Source: Amoebidium appalachense
Taxonomy: Eukaryota; Protista; Ichthyosporea
DNA length: 64,000 bases
Direction: 5' to 3'
NCBI GenBank assembly: GCA_963693365.1
Contig: CAVNZM010000012.1
Coordinates: forward strand, 2,480,001 to 2,544,000
Numbering within the stretch: the first letter of the stretch is position 1; each line of letters starts with the position of its first letter. The notes under the pieces are model-generated. The model was not told where the DNA came from. It searched no databases and saw only the letters and a list, made by a program, of their open reading frames with translations. Made by a program: the position numbers and the translations under genes. Shown piece after piece: positions 1 to 13,396 of the stretch.

Positions 1-162
1 TGCTGTAAACGGTTTGAATGATTTGGAAGGAGGGTGTTTGTTCAAATTATGGTGTATTTTCGGCAGAAGAGAATACCAAACCAGTAGTGGTGTTTAATGA
101 GCTATATTGGCATCTCAAGGCATGTCGAAGTAGATGGTGCTCTAACCTGCTCTCTGATGCAG

Positions 163-1335
163 GCCTATAATGTCGGGTCAGACTACTACAAAAACAACGA
201 AGACCCATCGAACCCACAAACCATGGGAAAGGCTGCCTACAAGTATGCGCGGGAGAACCCTGAAGAGGTATGGGCTGGGGCATAATTACATGTATGATGT
301 GCTTCAACTAGCGGATTTGACCAGCACACCGATGTGTACACATGCTTGGGAATCGAAAGTCTTCCACAACTCTGCTGTTGGAGGGCTGGAGCGGCTAGAG
401 TATGCACCTAGTCCATTTTTGCAACTATTTTTTTTTTAAAATTCCAGCAAATAAACCAAAAAATACCTGTTTCTTTTGGGTTCCTGGAAGTCCACGTAGG
501 TGCATCGTTGTGTTCAATCTGCAAAACCTCAACCTTTCTTGAAAGCACAAGATGTGCACAAAATTCACGGTTGAAACTTTACGACACTCGTGTTGATTTT
601 CTGGTTTGGTGTTTTTTTTTTTTGAATACAAATAGATTCAGTGTTTGCGCTGCAAAATCGAAAATAACATTTTGAATGTCTTAATGGATCTGTGGCGGAA
701 CACACTTTTTGTCAAGCACGGCTAAACTCATGTTTGTGCCCGCAGGCAAAGAAGGGTGCACAGTGGGCGCGAGATAACCCAGAAGCAGTGAAGAAGTGAG
801 AATCCCCCTCCCGCGTCTTTTGCATGTCTATTGTGGTGTTTGACAAGCAGCCGCTACTCCGTTACGGATACTGTGTTAGCAAGCTGGAGGGAAAAGTATA
901 TGGGCGGTAGAATACGTGGTGTTCTTTTGTAGCTTTCAGCGCTGTGCTTTTTCTCGTTGCTATCCTATTGGTAGGTGTAATGTCGCAAGAGTGTTTGAGC
1001 GTGCACAAATGTTGTTAGAATGACTCGGTCAGATGAATTCTTTGCCCCTTCCCACTGCTATCCGCGCTCTCATGTGCCTGAGACTACCCACCTCCCACCT
1101 CCCCCCCCCCCCCCCTCCCCCCCCCCCCCCCCCCCAGCACACACACACACATTCCCCTCTCTTCCCCCCCCCCTCCCCCCCCCCCCCCCCCCCCCCCCCC
1201 CAATTTTAAGTGTGTGGGGAATAGGGATTTGTGGGGGGGGGGGGGGGGGAAGAAGGGAGGGGGCGAATGAGTGAAGAAGAAGAATACCGTGTTTTTTGGT
1301 GGTTTTTTATGTTCTTAATGTGTGACCAATCCCCC

Positions 1336-1366
<31 letters not shown>

Positions 1367-1650
1367 CACCTTATCAAGCCCATATCCACCCCCACCCCCC
1401 ACCACTTCTAATCTAACGCCTACCATCTCCCTTTTCTTTTCAGGGGCATGAGTGACGCGTCAAATGCACAAAGGTGCAGTCAATGTCCCGTGTCTGCCTG
1501 ACCCCAGTATTTGTTATGTGTGCCTTGGTGTCTTGGTGGTGATCGCTGGTAAATTTAAGAATGACGGAGAGTTTTACTGCAAGAACCTGGGTTGCATTTC
1601 CCCCTTTTTTCTTCCCTTTTTTCCTTCCTTCCTTCCTTCCTTTCTTTCTT

Positions 1651-1683
<33 letters not shown>

Positions 1684-1691
1684 AGGAAGAA

Positions 1692-1722
<31 letters not shown>

Positions 1723-2094
1723 CTGCCCAGTAAAAATGGTGTTTGTCCTGCTGGTTTAGTGTTGTGGATGTGCGTGTGTGGAAGAGGTGGAGGTGGATGG
1801 TGGTATGTGGATAACGGGAATACCGTTAGGGCCGGTGTTTTGGGAAAGAAGGTGAGAGTACAAGGATCACTGTTTAATTGAGGGGTTTCTGGGTGGCCAG
1901 ATGTGTGTTTGTGGCATCGGTACAACTAGTTTAACTGGCACAGTTTACTATTTGTTCCGGGCTTTTTGCGGAAAACGGAAAGTAAGGGTAAGAAAGGCTT
2001 TTGATCTAGGTGAAGATAGTGGTGGATGGTGAAAGAATCATTGTGTTTGCAAAGGAAGGGGTAAGTGCTGTCTGAGCTAGGGTAAGCCGGAAAT

Positions 2095-2125
<31 letters not shown>

Positions 2126-2568
2126 GGGGGGATGGATGCAAGGAGTAGAAGCATGAATCAAGTTTTGCAGTTGAGAAAGGGAATCAAGTACGATTTTTTT
2201 CCCCTAGTCGTGTGTTGTGGTTTGTGGGTTGGTTGGCATTTGTCTTCCTCGTGTGTGTGGGTATGCATGGTAGCAGAGGGAAGGAGCGTCAGGGGGGGAG
2301 AAGGGGCGGAGGAGGGGAGGGGGGAGGGGAGGAGAGGGGGGGAGGGGGTAGGGGGGAGGGGTTTTTTAATGCAGGCTGACACACTGATGTTGTGTTCTCT
2401 GACCCTATGGGGCTGTGCAGCGGTGGCAGCGGCAGAACAACTGATAACGCTAAAACTGCAAGGTGTGTGCAAAAACCATCATTTTATATATGTTTTGTGC
2501 TTGTGTGTGTGTGTGTTCCTGCTTTTTGTTGGTTGTGGTTTGATGGTTTGCCCTGGATAGACGCGAAG

Positions 2569-2660
<92 letters not shown>

Positions 2661-2695
2661 CGCGCGTGCGCGTGCGCGTGCGCGTGCGCGTGCGC

Positions 2696-2766
<71 letters not shown>

Positions 2767-3680
2767 GAGAGAGACAGAATGATCGAAAGTAGATGGGACT
2801 GCGAAGGAACAGGGACATGCAACGTGGGTGAGTGAGGAGGAGATAGGGAAGGGACCGGGTGGGTGAGGTGGAGAACTAGAGAACAGGGAGGGGGGTGGGG
2901 GGGGTGGGGGGGGGGGGGCATTTTGAGTGTATGGAAGGTTGTACTTTCGGCAATGCAGTTTTATGGCGTAGTTTACTAATAGAGATGAGAGAAGGGAGCA
3001 AGGGAGATGCTCCAGTTTACAATCTTCACGGATCGAGTGCATTTTTACACTCTTTGCCCCGTGGTATTGCCCTTCTCGTACTGCAAGCACCTATATACTA
3101 CATTAATGCTTTTCTATGCATGTGGTAACACTGTTGGCAAATATATACACAATACAAACACATCGGGTTGGGTTGGTGAAGACGAGGCACTATGGCTATC
3201 AGAGACTCTGCCCATGGGTGGAAAGGACCAAAGTTGGGTGTTGTGTGTGCGGAAGGCGGGGAGGAGAGGGGAGGGGGGTGTTGGGGAGGGGGGGGGGAGA
3301 AAGGGGGGAGGCTGAGGGGAGGGGTGTTTGGGGGGGGGGGGGGGGGGGGGAAGGGGGGAGGGGAGGGAGGAATAGGCATGTGGTGGCATGTGTTGGACGA
3401 TTTTGTAGAGCGCAGTGTTCTGACATTTTCCGTTCCCATGCTGCAGTGCATCCAGTGTGGCAGCTCTTGCCAGCATGACCACATACAAGTACCCTCCCAA
3501 GATCCCAAACAGGTACGTGTGTGTGTTTTAAACATAGCAAAAAGTGTGATAGATGTGGTCATACCCTGTGCATAGAAAAATAGTCTCGTGGGGGCAACCC
3601 TGAGGTGGGGTGGTGGTATGTTAACCGAAAATTCGAGGTGACAAAAAAGAGGTGTGTGGGTGTGGGTGGTGGTATGGGTG

Positions 3681-3722
<42 letters not shown>

Positions 3723-3743
3723 TGTGTTTGTTTTTTTGGTGGT

Positions 3744-3797
<54 letters not shown>

Positions 3798-3951
3798 TGT
3801 AGAGCTCAGAGCATTTGGATGAATCGTCGTATGGTTGCTGAGGCAGGTACATGGGGATGAGCCGTTCAATGACAATGCTATGACAAGCTATCATCCGGAT
3901 CGTGTCGTTTTTTATCGTGAATATATCGTTGAACCCTGCACCATGTTCATC

Positions 3952-4027
<76 letters not shown>

Positions 4028-4243
4028 GAACCCGTTTCGTTGACGAGGTGAATGGGGCAAACCGCGGGTACTGTGTATTGTGGATGACTTGGCCCTCATC
4101 AGGATCGGTTCTGTTTATTTTGCAGACTCTTTATGTGTGGTTTGCACTCTGCTGGTATTGTCCGTGGTGAATGTGGACGTCGTGCTCTATGACACATTCT
4201 ACACTCCCCTCTCCCCCCCAAAATACACACACGCGCGCGCGCC

Positions 4244-4330
<87 letters not shown>

Positions 4331-4336
4331 AAAAAA

Positions 4337-4377
<41 letters not shown>

Positions 4378-4515
4378 ATCTAACCATGTTTGGCCTTTGC
4401 AGCTCCAAGTACCCCGAGCCCGTACCTGCCAGCCGGTCCAACAGCCCATCCCCAACCACATCACCCCAACTTTCCAGGCCAACAAAGGCCGGGTATGTGT
4501 GCTTGTGCCCCCCCC

Positions 4516-4578
<63 letters not shown>

Positions 4579-6645
4579 TCCCCTTTTTTTTGGTCTCTTC
4601 CACCCCCTCGTCCTTTCTCGCTCGCCCCTTTCCGCCCCTCCATTTTCACTTAACTTGCCTCGCCTCCCTCCCCAACACCTACCTGTTCTCTCTCCCTTAC
4701 TCCCTCAGTACTTCCCTCCCTCCTTGTGTGTGTGTTCGAGTCTGCGGGAATGTGAATATGGATGTCGTGGCAGGTCACAGGCGTGCTTGTCTTGTGCCTG
4801 CACGTGTGTGTTTGTGTACTGGTGTCTGTGTGCGTTTGTCTGTTTGAGCACATGTGCATCCGTGTATGTATGTGTCTTAAGATATGTGTCTGTTTCTTGA
4901 ATGGGTAGCTGTGTGGAAGCTTGAAACGGGGATGTCCCCATATATATATATATATATATATTTGGGGGGGGGGGGGGGGGGGAGGGGGAGGGGAGGGGGG
5001 GAGGGAGGAAGGTTTGCACCCTGGGGGGGTTGGGGTTGCACCTGGTGCGGATGGTCGTTGACAATGCGATACACTTATGCCTGTTTCCGAGCGGTGTTAC
5101 AGCTTAGAAGTGGTAGACAATGGGGTAGCTCATGAAAATAGATGTGCAAGTAACTGTATTCCTTTTCTACATCTGGATTTTTCTAACCTCACCCCACACA
5201 CACCTTCAGATACAACCCGCCAAAACCCCCCCGCCCCAAAAATTACGGCAGCAACACAAGCCTTCCACCAGCGTCCCTCAAAGACCCCGACGACGAATTG
5301 AGCCGTCCCTATGAGCCCCCCCCATCCCGCTTTGCGAAAAAACCCGCAGTCGCACCAGTCAAACCATCCACATACATACCCAACAGATACCCAACAACAA
5401 CCACCACCACCACCACCAGTTCCTATGTTCCACGCACCACCCCATCCTCTACTTATTCCTCCTATACACCCGACCCCGATTCCATTTCCATTGTTGATGA
5501 CTCGCACGGCTCAAACACAGACTATGGTACTTATGGTACTGGTGGTGATGACTATGCTACACCCGAGGTTCCGGGGGTTCCGGCACGCCCAGCTCGGGAG
5601 GAGGTGGAGTTTACTGTGACTGGTACCCCTCCGCTCTCCCCCCCCCCCCCCCCCCTCCCCCTATACACAGACACGCACACATGCATGCACACTCACACTC
5701 ACACTCACTCATTCACTCATTCACTCACACACTCACTCAAACTCGCTCACTCACGCTCACTCACTCACTCACATCCATGCACGCACACACCGCACGCAAG
5801 CACACATACGCGCACACGCACAGTGGCACGGTTGTGTGTTTGCATGTCTGTTTGTGTTCTTTTGTGTGGCTGGTTAACACACAACTAGGGGTGTTTATTA
5901 CACCTCTTGTTGCACTAATAACAGATCTCTAACGGATGTTGTTTGTCTTCTTTTTGTGCTTGTTTGTGAGGTGCAACGATTTTCACCCCCTCCACCTTCC
6001 CTCCCCAATCCTCCCCCCTTCCCCGCAATGGATGTGCTCTGCCTATTTTGCGAAAATAAGGTTTGCAATACTTCAGTTGTGAATCTGTGTGCTTCGTACT
6101 GCGAACACACCTTAGTTTCAAACCTCCCCCTCCCCTCGCCCCCCCCCCCCCCTCCCTCCTCTCCCCCCTCTCCCTCCTCCCCCCCCTCCCCCCCCCCCCC
6201 CCCCCCCCCCCCCCCCGACTTCAACGCCCCCAACCCTATCAAAAAGAAAGAAAGAAAGAAGAAGCCCACCCCACACCCGCTGTTCACCTTTCACTCTTTG
6301 GGTTCTAATTATCCATATAGCCGCCTGAAGAGAGCTTAGCCAGGCACCATTGCTTGCTGTTTCGAAGTGTACATGCTGGGCATTTGGACGATCGCATGAG
6401 TGTAAACAGAGCATATTTCCTTATAAACTAGAGACAACAGGTATGGCAGTGCGTGGGAAGTGTAGGGATACCCTGCGCTGAGGAGGGAGGGAGGGGGGGG
6501 GGGGAGGGGGAGGGGGGGGGGGGGGGGACTTTGTAGATGCCGAAAACTCATATGATTGGTTCCTATGCAGCGTTATACGACTACGAGCCACTGCAGGAGG
6601 GGGATTTGGCCTTCAAAGCAGGTGACGTCATTACGGTCAGCCCCG

Positions 6646-6676
<31 letters not shown>

Positions 6677-6873
6677 CCTCCCCTCCCCTCTCCCGCGGCG
6701 GATCACAGTGCACGAGTTTTTAGATGGGGAAGGGAGGAGGTGGGGGGGGGAGGGGGGAGGAGGGGGGAGGGGCTGAAATGAGATGTTAAATAATACCACC
6801 CATTTAGGGAGCATGCACAAGGAATAAGCGGGAAGACTTGGTAGACAAAGTACTTACTGGTTGCATCCTAGCA

Positions 6874-6906
<33 letters not shown>

Positions 6907-7068
6907 ACCCACCCACCCCCCACCCCGACCACCACCACCACCACCACCCACCCACCTACCCACCCACCCACCCAAACAGTCCCTTTTTACCCGTCCCCTC
7001 AAGCTTGCCCGGTCCCACTTAATTGTTCTCCATGTGCTTTGGTGTTTTGCATCCAACTTTCCTGTCCT

Positions 7069-7104
<36 letters not shown>

Positions 7105-7609
7105 CACACACACACACACACCACCCTCACCTTTTTCAACCCGTTTGCCCCTGTCGCCCTTACCCAACAACACCCGTCTTCTTTGCTCCTTCCCTCTGCC
7201 CGTCCTGTACCTTTTCTAACACCTTCGCAGATGCCCCCCCCCCCCCCCCCCCCCCCCCCTCCCCCCCTCCCCCCCCCTCCGCACGCGCGCCCCAAAATAC
7301 ATACCACACCATGTCACAAACACACACACCACCACTTGATCAACCATCACCACGAATACCACCACAACCATCCCTTTCCTTCCTGCTTTCCCTCCTGCCA
7401 TTTCCACTTTTTTTTGCTTGTATCCTTTTCACCTTAAGCCCCCAGGCTTTGTCTAGTTCAAACACAAACACCCTCCGTTTAAACACAACACCCTCCGTTT
7501 ACCCACCCTCACTCATTGCCCGCAAACGAAACGAAAATGAAATAAGGAATGGACCCTCTTTTTGTGTGCTTGTGCGTTTATATGTGTGTGTAGGTGTGCA
7601 TGTGTGAGC

Positions 7610-7640
<31 letters not shown>

Positions 7641-7808
7641 GGGAGGGGAGGGGAGGAGGATTAGACGATTGTCTTTTGGACTGATTAGTTGGTTACCTGG
7701 GGTGGGCGGGTACAGGTGACACACTGCACGCCAAACACCGATGATTGGTGGCAGGGTAGGGCTGGGGGTATGGAGGGCAACTTCCCGGCAAACTACGTCT
7801 CACGGTGA
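163..7808 (+). CDS. 3' part of a spliced gene encoding a Pro/Ser/Thr-rich protein with a C-terminal SH3 domain (SH3YL1/Ysc84/Lsb3-like SH3); 5' end lies left of the window
   Basis: Phase-consistent GT-AG exons at 163-267, 746-795, 1444-1473, 2421-2462, 3447-3512, 4403-4492, 5210-5622, 6571-6635 and 7716-7808 (TGA). The product ends ...[57 protein letters not shown], with the canonical SH3 motifs ALYDY, WW and FPANYV. The upstream part has a repeated [YW]AR[ED]NPE motif and PxxP motifs (PPKPPRPK). The short middle exons are less certain than the SH3 exons. Confidence 0.85.
2571..2764. repeat. Compound (GT)n-(GC)n-(GT)n microsatellite, representative of many similar arrays
   Basis: Read directly. 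Comparable arrays occur at 9520-9638, 14733-14860 (GA), 17060-17150, 23840-23935, 39050-39215, 46927-47098 and 54215-54300. Confidence 0.95.
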
Positions 7809-9527
7809 AATGACTGCATGGCATGTGTGATTACCGAAAGTGTGTATGTGTTTTTGGGGGAGGGAGCGCGGGGGGAGGGGGGGATGGGGGGGGGGGGGGG
7901 GGGGGGGGGGGAACAACGCGTCTTAGGGGAATGAATGATATTAATCTTGTAATCTGTGAATGTAGCCATGTGTGTCGTAAAAGTGAGATGGATGGTGGAG
8001 AAGAGCATGGTTGTTTAAAACTTTGGGTGTGGATCGATCCTCTCTCTGTTATTGTACTCAATTGGATATTTCGACGAGTGTCTTTAACTAGCTTGGCTGT
8101 GGAATAAGGAAAGGCTGCCTGCCTTAGACGTCGTATGTATTTGGAGGAGGGGGGGGGGGGGGGGGGGGGGGGAGGGGGTATCCTACCTTTATGTTGTTGT
8201 AGCACGTGTTCGTTAGCCCTGGACTGATACTGTATGTTGTGTGTTGGAGAAACTGGATGTGCCGGATAAAGGGCTACGTAAGATCAGAGGTGGGGTATCA
8301 AAGCTACCTCTGTAAAGACCGTAATCCGAAATGGAATAAAGGAGTACCTCTGTCTCGAATTGTGTTGCTCGTGCCTGTTTGCAAGCAAAGTTAAGGACGG
8401 CCATGATCACCCCTCAAGCTGGTAAACGTGCGTGCAGTTTTCAGATCCAAACAGATGGCAAAGTTTGGTCTCATGGGGTGTGTGATGTATATGGAAAACC
8501 GGCAACAGCATAACGTTGTTACTCGGATGACTTTCATGATCCTCCGGGCTAGAGGGTCTTGCGTATACCTTAGTACTAAGTGTCTTTGAATTCGTGATCA
8601 TTCACCAACCCCTCCCCCCCCCCCCCCCCCCCCCTTCCCCCCCCCCCCCTACTTATCTGGTTTGGATGACATCCTTGACTTCCACCCCCCCCCCCCCCCC
8701 CCCCCCCTCCCCCCCTCCTCCCCTCTCCCCCCCCCCCCCCCCCCCCGGCAGCCCCACCCCCCTCCCCTCCCCCTCCTCCCGCCCCTCCTTTCACACATAC
8801 ATACCAATTATACATGCACAAACACAGTCATCTTGATCGCGTGTGTGCATGTATATTTTAGTGCACGGTCCCAGACGTGCGAGTCAAACAGCAAACACCA
8901 GCTGATGTGCATTTTGACAATGCAACATAGTATGCCAGCCATGTCTCGGTCTGTTAAAAAAAAAAAAAAAAAAATTCTCCCCTCGTTCATGGCACCAGTA
9001 AGTGACTGGTGATTGTAACAGGTGTGGTTTCGAATTCAATCTGGGAATGTTTCGTGTGTGTGTGACACGGGGAGGTGGGGGGGGGGGGCTTGAAAAGAAA
9101 TTCTCCCCACCCACCTCCACCCCGAAACAAAACGGTTACCAAACCGTGACACCCGCGCGCACACGGACACTGCGCACACACGCATGCACGCATACACGCG
9201 CGGGCGCATACACGCAGACACACACACGTGGGCGTGTGTGCACGCAAACTGACGCGAACAAAAAACACGTGCACACACACACACACACACACAAACAGGA
9301 ACACACATACACACAAACAGGAACACACATACACACAGACACACAGGAACACACGAACGTTAACACACACACACAAATGCACACAGACACACACGCACAC
9401 GCACGCACATGTACACGCGCACACTGACTACCTCAGGTTCCTCTTCCCTGCCCCACGCGCCACAAATCCTTCCACCCTCCTTCCCCCCCCTCCCCCCTCC
9501 CCCCTCCCCCCCCCCCAAACACACATA

Positions 9528-9640
<113 letters not shown>

Positions 9641-11164
9641 CCAGCATCCCCTTTTTTCTTTCTTATTCCATCCAACCTTCCCCTTCAATTTCAGTTTGAG
9701 ACTGAGAAACGAGTCACATACCCATGCTGGCCACACTCAACGATAAAACGTGTAATTAAACTGAGACAGTGTCAGAAGGGGAAAGCTGGGTTGCTGGGGA
9801 GCGTTAATCGGGAGACATTAATGTACCTGTGGGAAAGGAATCAGAGGGGGGGGCTGTACATGGAGGGGGGCTGGGCGGGGGAAGGTGGGGAGGGGGCAAG
9901 GGGGAGGAAAAAGAGGGATGAAGGAAATGGTGGAGAGAGGGGTGGGTGGGTGGGGGGGGGGGGGGGGGGGGGGGCAAGAGAGAGAGAGCAAGAGAGGGAG
10001 TGACGGAGCAAGGTAGAGAGCGAGAAAGAGGGAGGGGGAGAATGGGGATAAATGAATGGGGGAAAGACGGAGAGAAAGACAGAGAGGGGAGAGGGGAATG
10101 GGGAGAGAGAGAGGGAGAGAGAGGAGGTGAGGGGAGGGGGGAAGGGGGGGGGGGGGGGGGGGGGGGGAGGGGAGGAGAGAAGGTAGGAGACTGGTACAGA
10201 GAGGGGTGTGTGCACTTGTGTGTGTTCTGGGAAGGGGGAGAGAATGGGCTTTCTATCGGATAGGCCCCGGCCAAGATGCACCGGTTATGTCCCAGACATA
10301 GAAAGTCCCAATCAGTGGGCTGCCTTAATTGAGCCACAATCAGTGTGTTGCGTTATAATTTGTGATTCTTCACGACTGACCCTCTTTGCAAGATCTTCGT
10401 ATCTGTAAGCTAACGAGAAATACCACACATACGGCAGCTGTTTGTTACCTGCACAGAGTCCACTGACGGTTTTGGCCATAATCTTCTAGCATCTAGCAAA
10501 GTAATGTAATCCCCCCCCCCGCCCCCCCCCCACCCATTCCCCCTGCTTCCTTCGCCACCCGACCCCTTCCCTCTGCTTCCTTCCCCATCCTACCCTCTTG
10601 AAACCTTCTTAGATCGTGTCTTTTGACTATCGTATACATCATCCTGCCCACGAGGGCCGTTTTCGTTCTTGTAGCTAAGTTGTGCACGATTAAACAACCA
10701 CACAAGTAGTCGGCCGATAACATGAAAATGCAGCCTCGTCCAAGTGTTTTGCACTGAGCAGAGAGAAACCAAAATATGAGAAAACCTCTGTGGAGAGAAC
10801 TTCGGTGTTGCTGCACAAACGGATGACTAATTTTAACAAATTTCATACAAATACACCCAACAACACCTATAGCTGCATATACTTGTACTCGCCTCTTCTC
10901 ACTCTATGGACTGTGGCCTGTACAGCCTGCGTGCGTTACCCCCCCCCCCCCCCCCCCCCCCCCCCTTCCCCCTCGGTGCAGGCAGAAAAATGGAAAAGCT
11001 GAAGGAAACAGCATTCAAGAGCTCTCATCTACACTATTTCAATCAACAATAACATGAATCATCCATCATACAGTAACTTGAACTTCACCATAAATAATCT
11101 TCTAGCGCAATCAAACACTTGCCGCACCCCATCAAGTTTCATTAATAACCCCCCCCTGCCGCAG

Positions 11165-13396
11165 TTAACGGCCACGCCCGGTCATGTCCTTAAACACCCT
11201 CAGCACATCATCAACCGCATTATCCACCGAATAGTGCCGCACTGCAATCCGCCGTGCAGCCTGTCTCGCCAACAGCCCCTCCCTCCAGACCTTTTGCACC
11301 ATCCCAACATATTCGCTCACGTTTCCTTCCTCAAACATTCTCGTTGCGAGCATGGGGTATGCCGCAGGAAACGCACCTGCCTTCACCACCACCGCCGGTG
11401 TTCCACACGCCATCGCCTCTGCCACGGTAAAACCAAACGTTTCCGAAGGCGACGCGGAAGTAAAAATATCTGCCAACGCGTAACATTTTGCCAGATTTGT
11501 TTCCTTTCTGATCATTCCCGTAAACACAACTTTCGGGGCTGACGCCAACCGATCCGTCCCCGGGACCGTCCATTCATCCAATCGTCTCATTGCGTCGTTT
11601 TCGTTCTCACACGTGACCACGTGGTCGTCTCCCACTACCCGCCTGGCGAGAACCTCCAGCTGACTCATGATTGGACCATCGCCAACCAATAGGAGAGAGG
11701 CGTTGTGAAGGTCCAGGTGGCTCATTGCGTTCACGAGAAACTCCACGTTTTTCTCCATTGCCAACCGGCCGACATACACAACTGTTGGACCACGTGCGGG
11801 TTGAGGTTCGGTGTTCCTTGCTGTGGCGGGAAGTGAATGTGCCGGGACCGTATCGCTACCATCGGTTGGGGGGTGCGGGCGGAAGGGCGGAGAGGCAGGG
11901 GGAGTGAAAATGCCGAGTAGCTCGGCGATAGAAGTAGCATTTTGGTTGGGATATTCGGTGCCGCATTTCACCTCCTCCGTAGAGTTTTCATTCTCAGAGG
12001 GTTGACGATTGAGGGGAAGAATAGGCTTGAAAATATCCATGTCAACACCCGAACGAAGAAAGTGAAGGCGGTGGGGAAGAGCGAGAAAGTAGGAGTCGGC
12101 TTTTTTACTCGGCACACCAACCACGTCGGCCATAAGAATGAGGGGGAGAGCGTAAAAAAGGACCAAAAATATTTCAAGAAATAGTACGATGAGTGGGTTG
12201 AAATAGAGCTCCTTGTAGCACGACAGAAGGCAGTGGTAGGACACGTAGATTTTCACACCCCGCAGACGCGCGAAAGGCATGATGAAGAGAAAAGGGTAGG
12301 CAAGGGGGGTAACAAGGTGAAGCACGTCGTATGGGCAGGGTTGGAAAACATCGAGGAGTTGCAGTAGAAGGCCGAGCGGAGGAAACACGAACAATCGTTG
12401 CATGGCGTACCACGGGTTAGGTAGCGATGGGACAACATGGTCGCACTGTGTCCCTTTAACCGAATAAACGGTGACGTGGTGACCCGCGGAACGGTATTTC
12501 TGCACGAGGTTCTTGCAACGGTTTGCGATGCCCGAAACGTAGGGGGGAAGGTACTCCGTTGCCAAGAGGATGCGGAGAGGTTGAATTGTGCTGTCTGTCT
12601 TGGGCTCATTGTCGAATCTGATCATAATTGCCGATGAGGAGGCATATTACGTTAGCATAACAGCACATGATCCCTTTTACTGATGGTTTAAACATGACAT
12701 ACTGTTTCAGAGCGATTGAATACATATGATATGTGGTTTATCTATCTTTTACAGTTTCAACTATTTTATTCACCTTCTGATGTCGTTTTCTCACGGCAGC
12801 TTGGTTTGCATGTACTGTAGTGTACCAATTCACCGATCATCGTGAAACTGATGAGAGTGGTGCCCTACTAAAAGGGGGAGGAGGAGGGGGGAGGAAGAGA
12901 GGGGGGGGGGGGGGGAGGGTGTGGGAGGACCGTGCACGTGGGGAGGCGGGAGATAATGGAAGGGGGGCCGGGTTACGGTAACTGTGTACTGATTCAGATT
13001 AGAAGGGGAAAGCATGGAGTGAGGGGGGAGGGGGGAGGCTCGGAAGAGAGACCGAGGGAAGCGGGATCCTCGAGGTGGGGTTGGGGTGGGGTGGTGGTGG
13101 TGGGGGGGGGGGGGGGGGGGGATTGGAGAATTAGTAATTATCGGACGTTAAGGCGGGTCTGCGGAGCTAAATAGCCGAAATCTCTGCAAATTTATTAGCG
13201 CAATTTGGCGTGACGTGAAGCAAAGGTGCGGAGTAGTTGTTACGTTAGTTAGGCAAGTCTTAGGAACGAAACCATTCGGATTTGTGACCAATAGATAGAT
13301 CGTAGTAAACCAATATGTCAGCCTGAAGGGTCACAGAGCCTGTTGTAGGCTGCACATAATCAAAACTTACCTCTCAGACACGTCGCTCTTCTCCAT
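11165..13396 (-). CDS. Glycosyltransferase family 4 (GT-B fold), SQD2 sulfoquinovosyltransferase / glycolipid synthase-like
   Basis: 486-aa repeat-free ORF at 11165-12625 with GT4 motifs RILLATEYLPPYVSGIANR, YVGRLAMEKN, LVGDGP and SPSETFGFTVAEAMACGTPAV (E-x7-E). A likely short first exon at 13371-13396 (CCACCATGG context, MEKSDVSE-AG|gtaagt) joins in phase 2 to the acceptor gctaac...atcag| at 12617, giving MEKSDVSERFDNEPK... Confidence 0.9.

Noticed and set aside
3447-4200. Apparent LIM-like zinc finger (CIQC...YHPD...LCVVC) in the SH3 gene
   Set aside because: Exon phases require the frame [22 protein letters not shown] for 3447-3512. The LCVVC part lies in a dispersed non-coding repeat that is also found at 43645-43806.
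11165-12625. Calling the GT4 gene intronless or a bacterial contaminant
   Set aside because: A Kozak-context upstream exon with canonical splice sites joins in frame, and the flanks carry host-type poly-G/C tracts.
12832-12865. Possible extra exon in the GT4 5' intron (tag|ggcacc...gatcg|gtgaat)
   Set aside because: Joined to the phase-2 first exon it introduces a stop. Direct splicing 13371 to 12617 is in frame.
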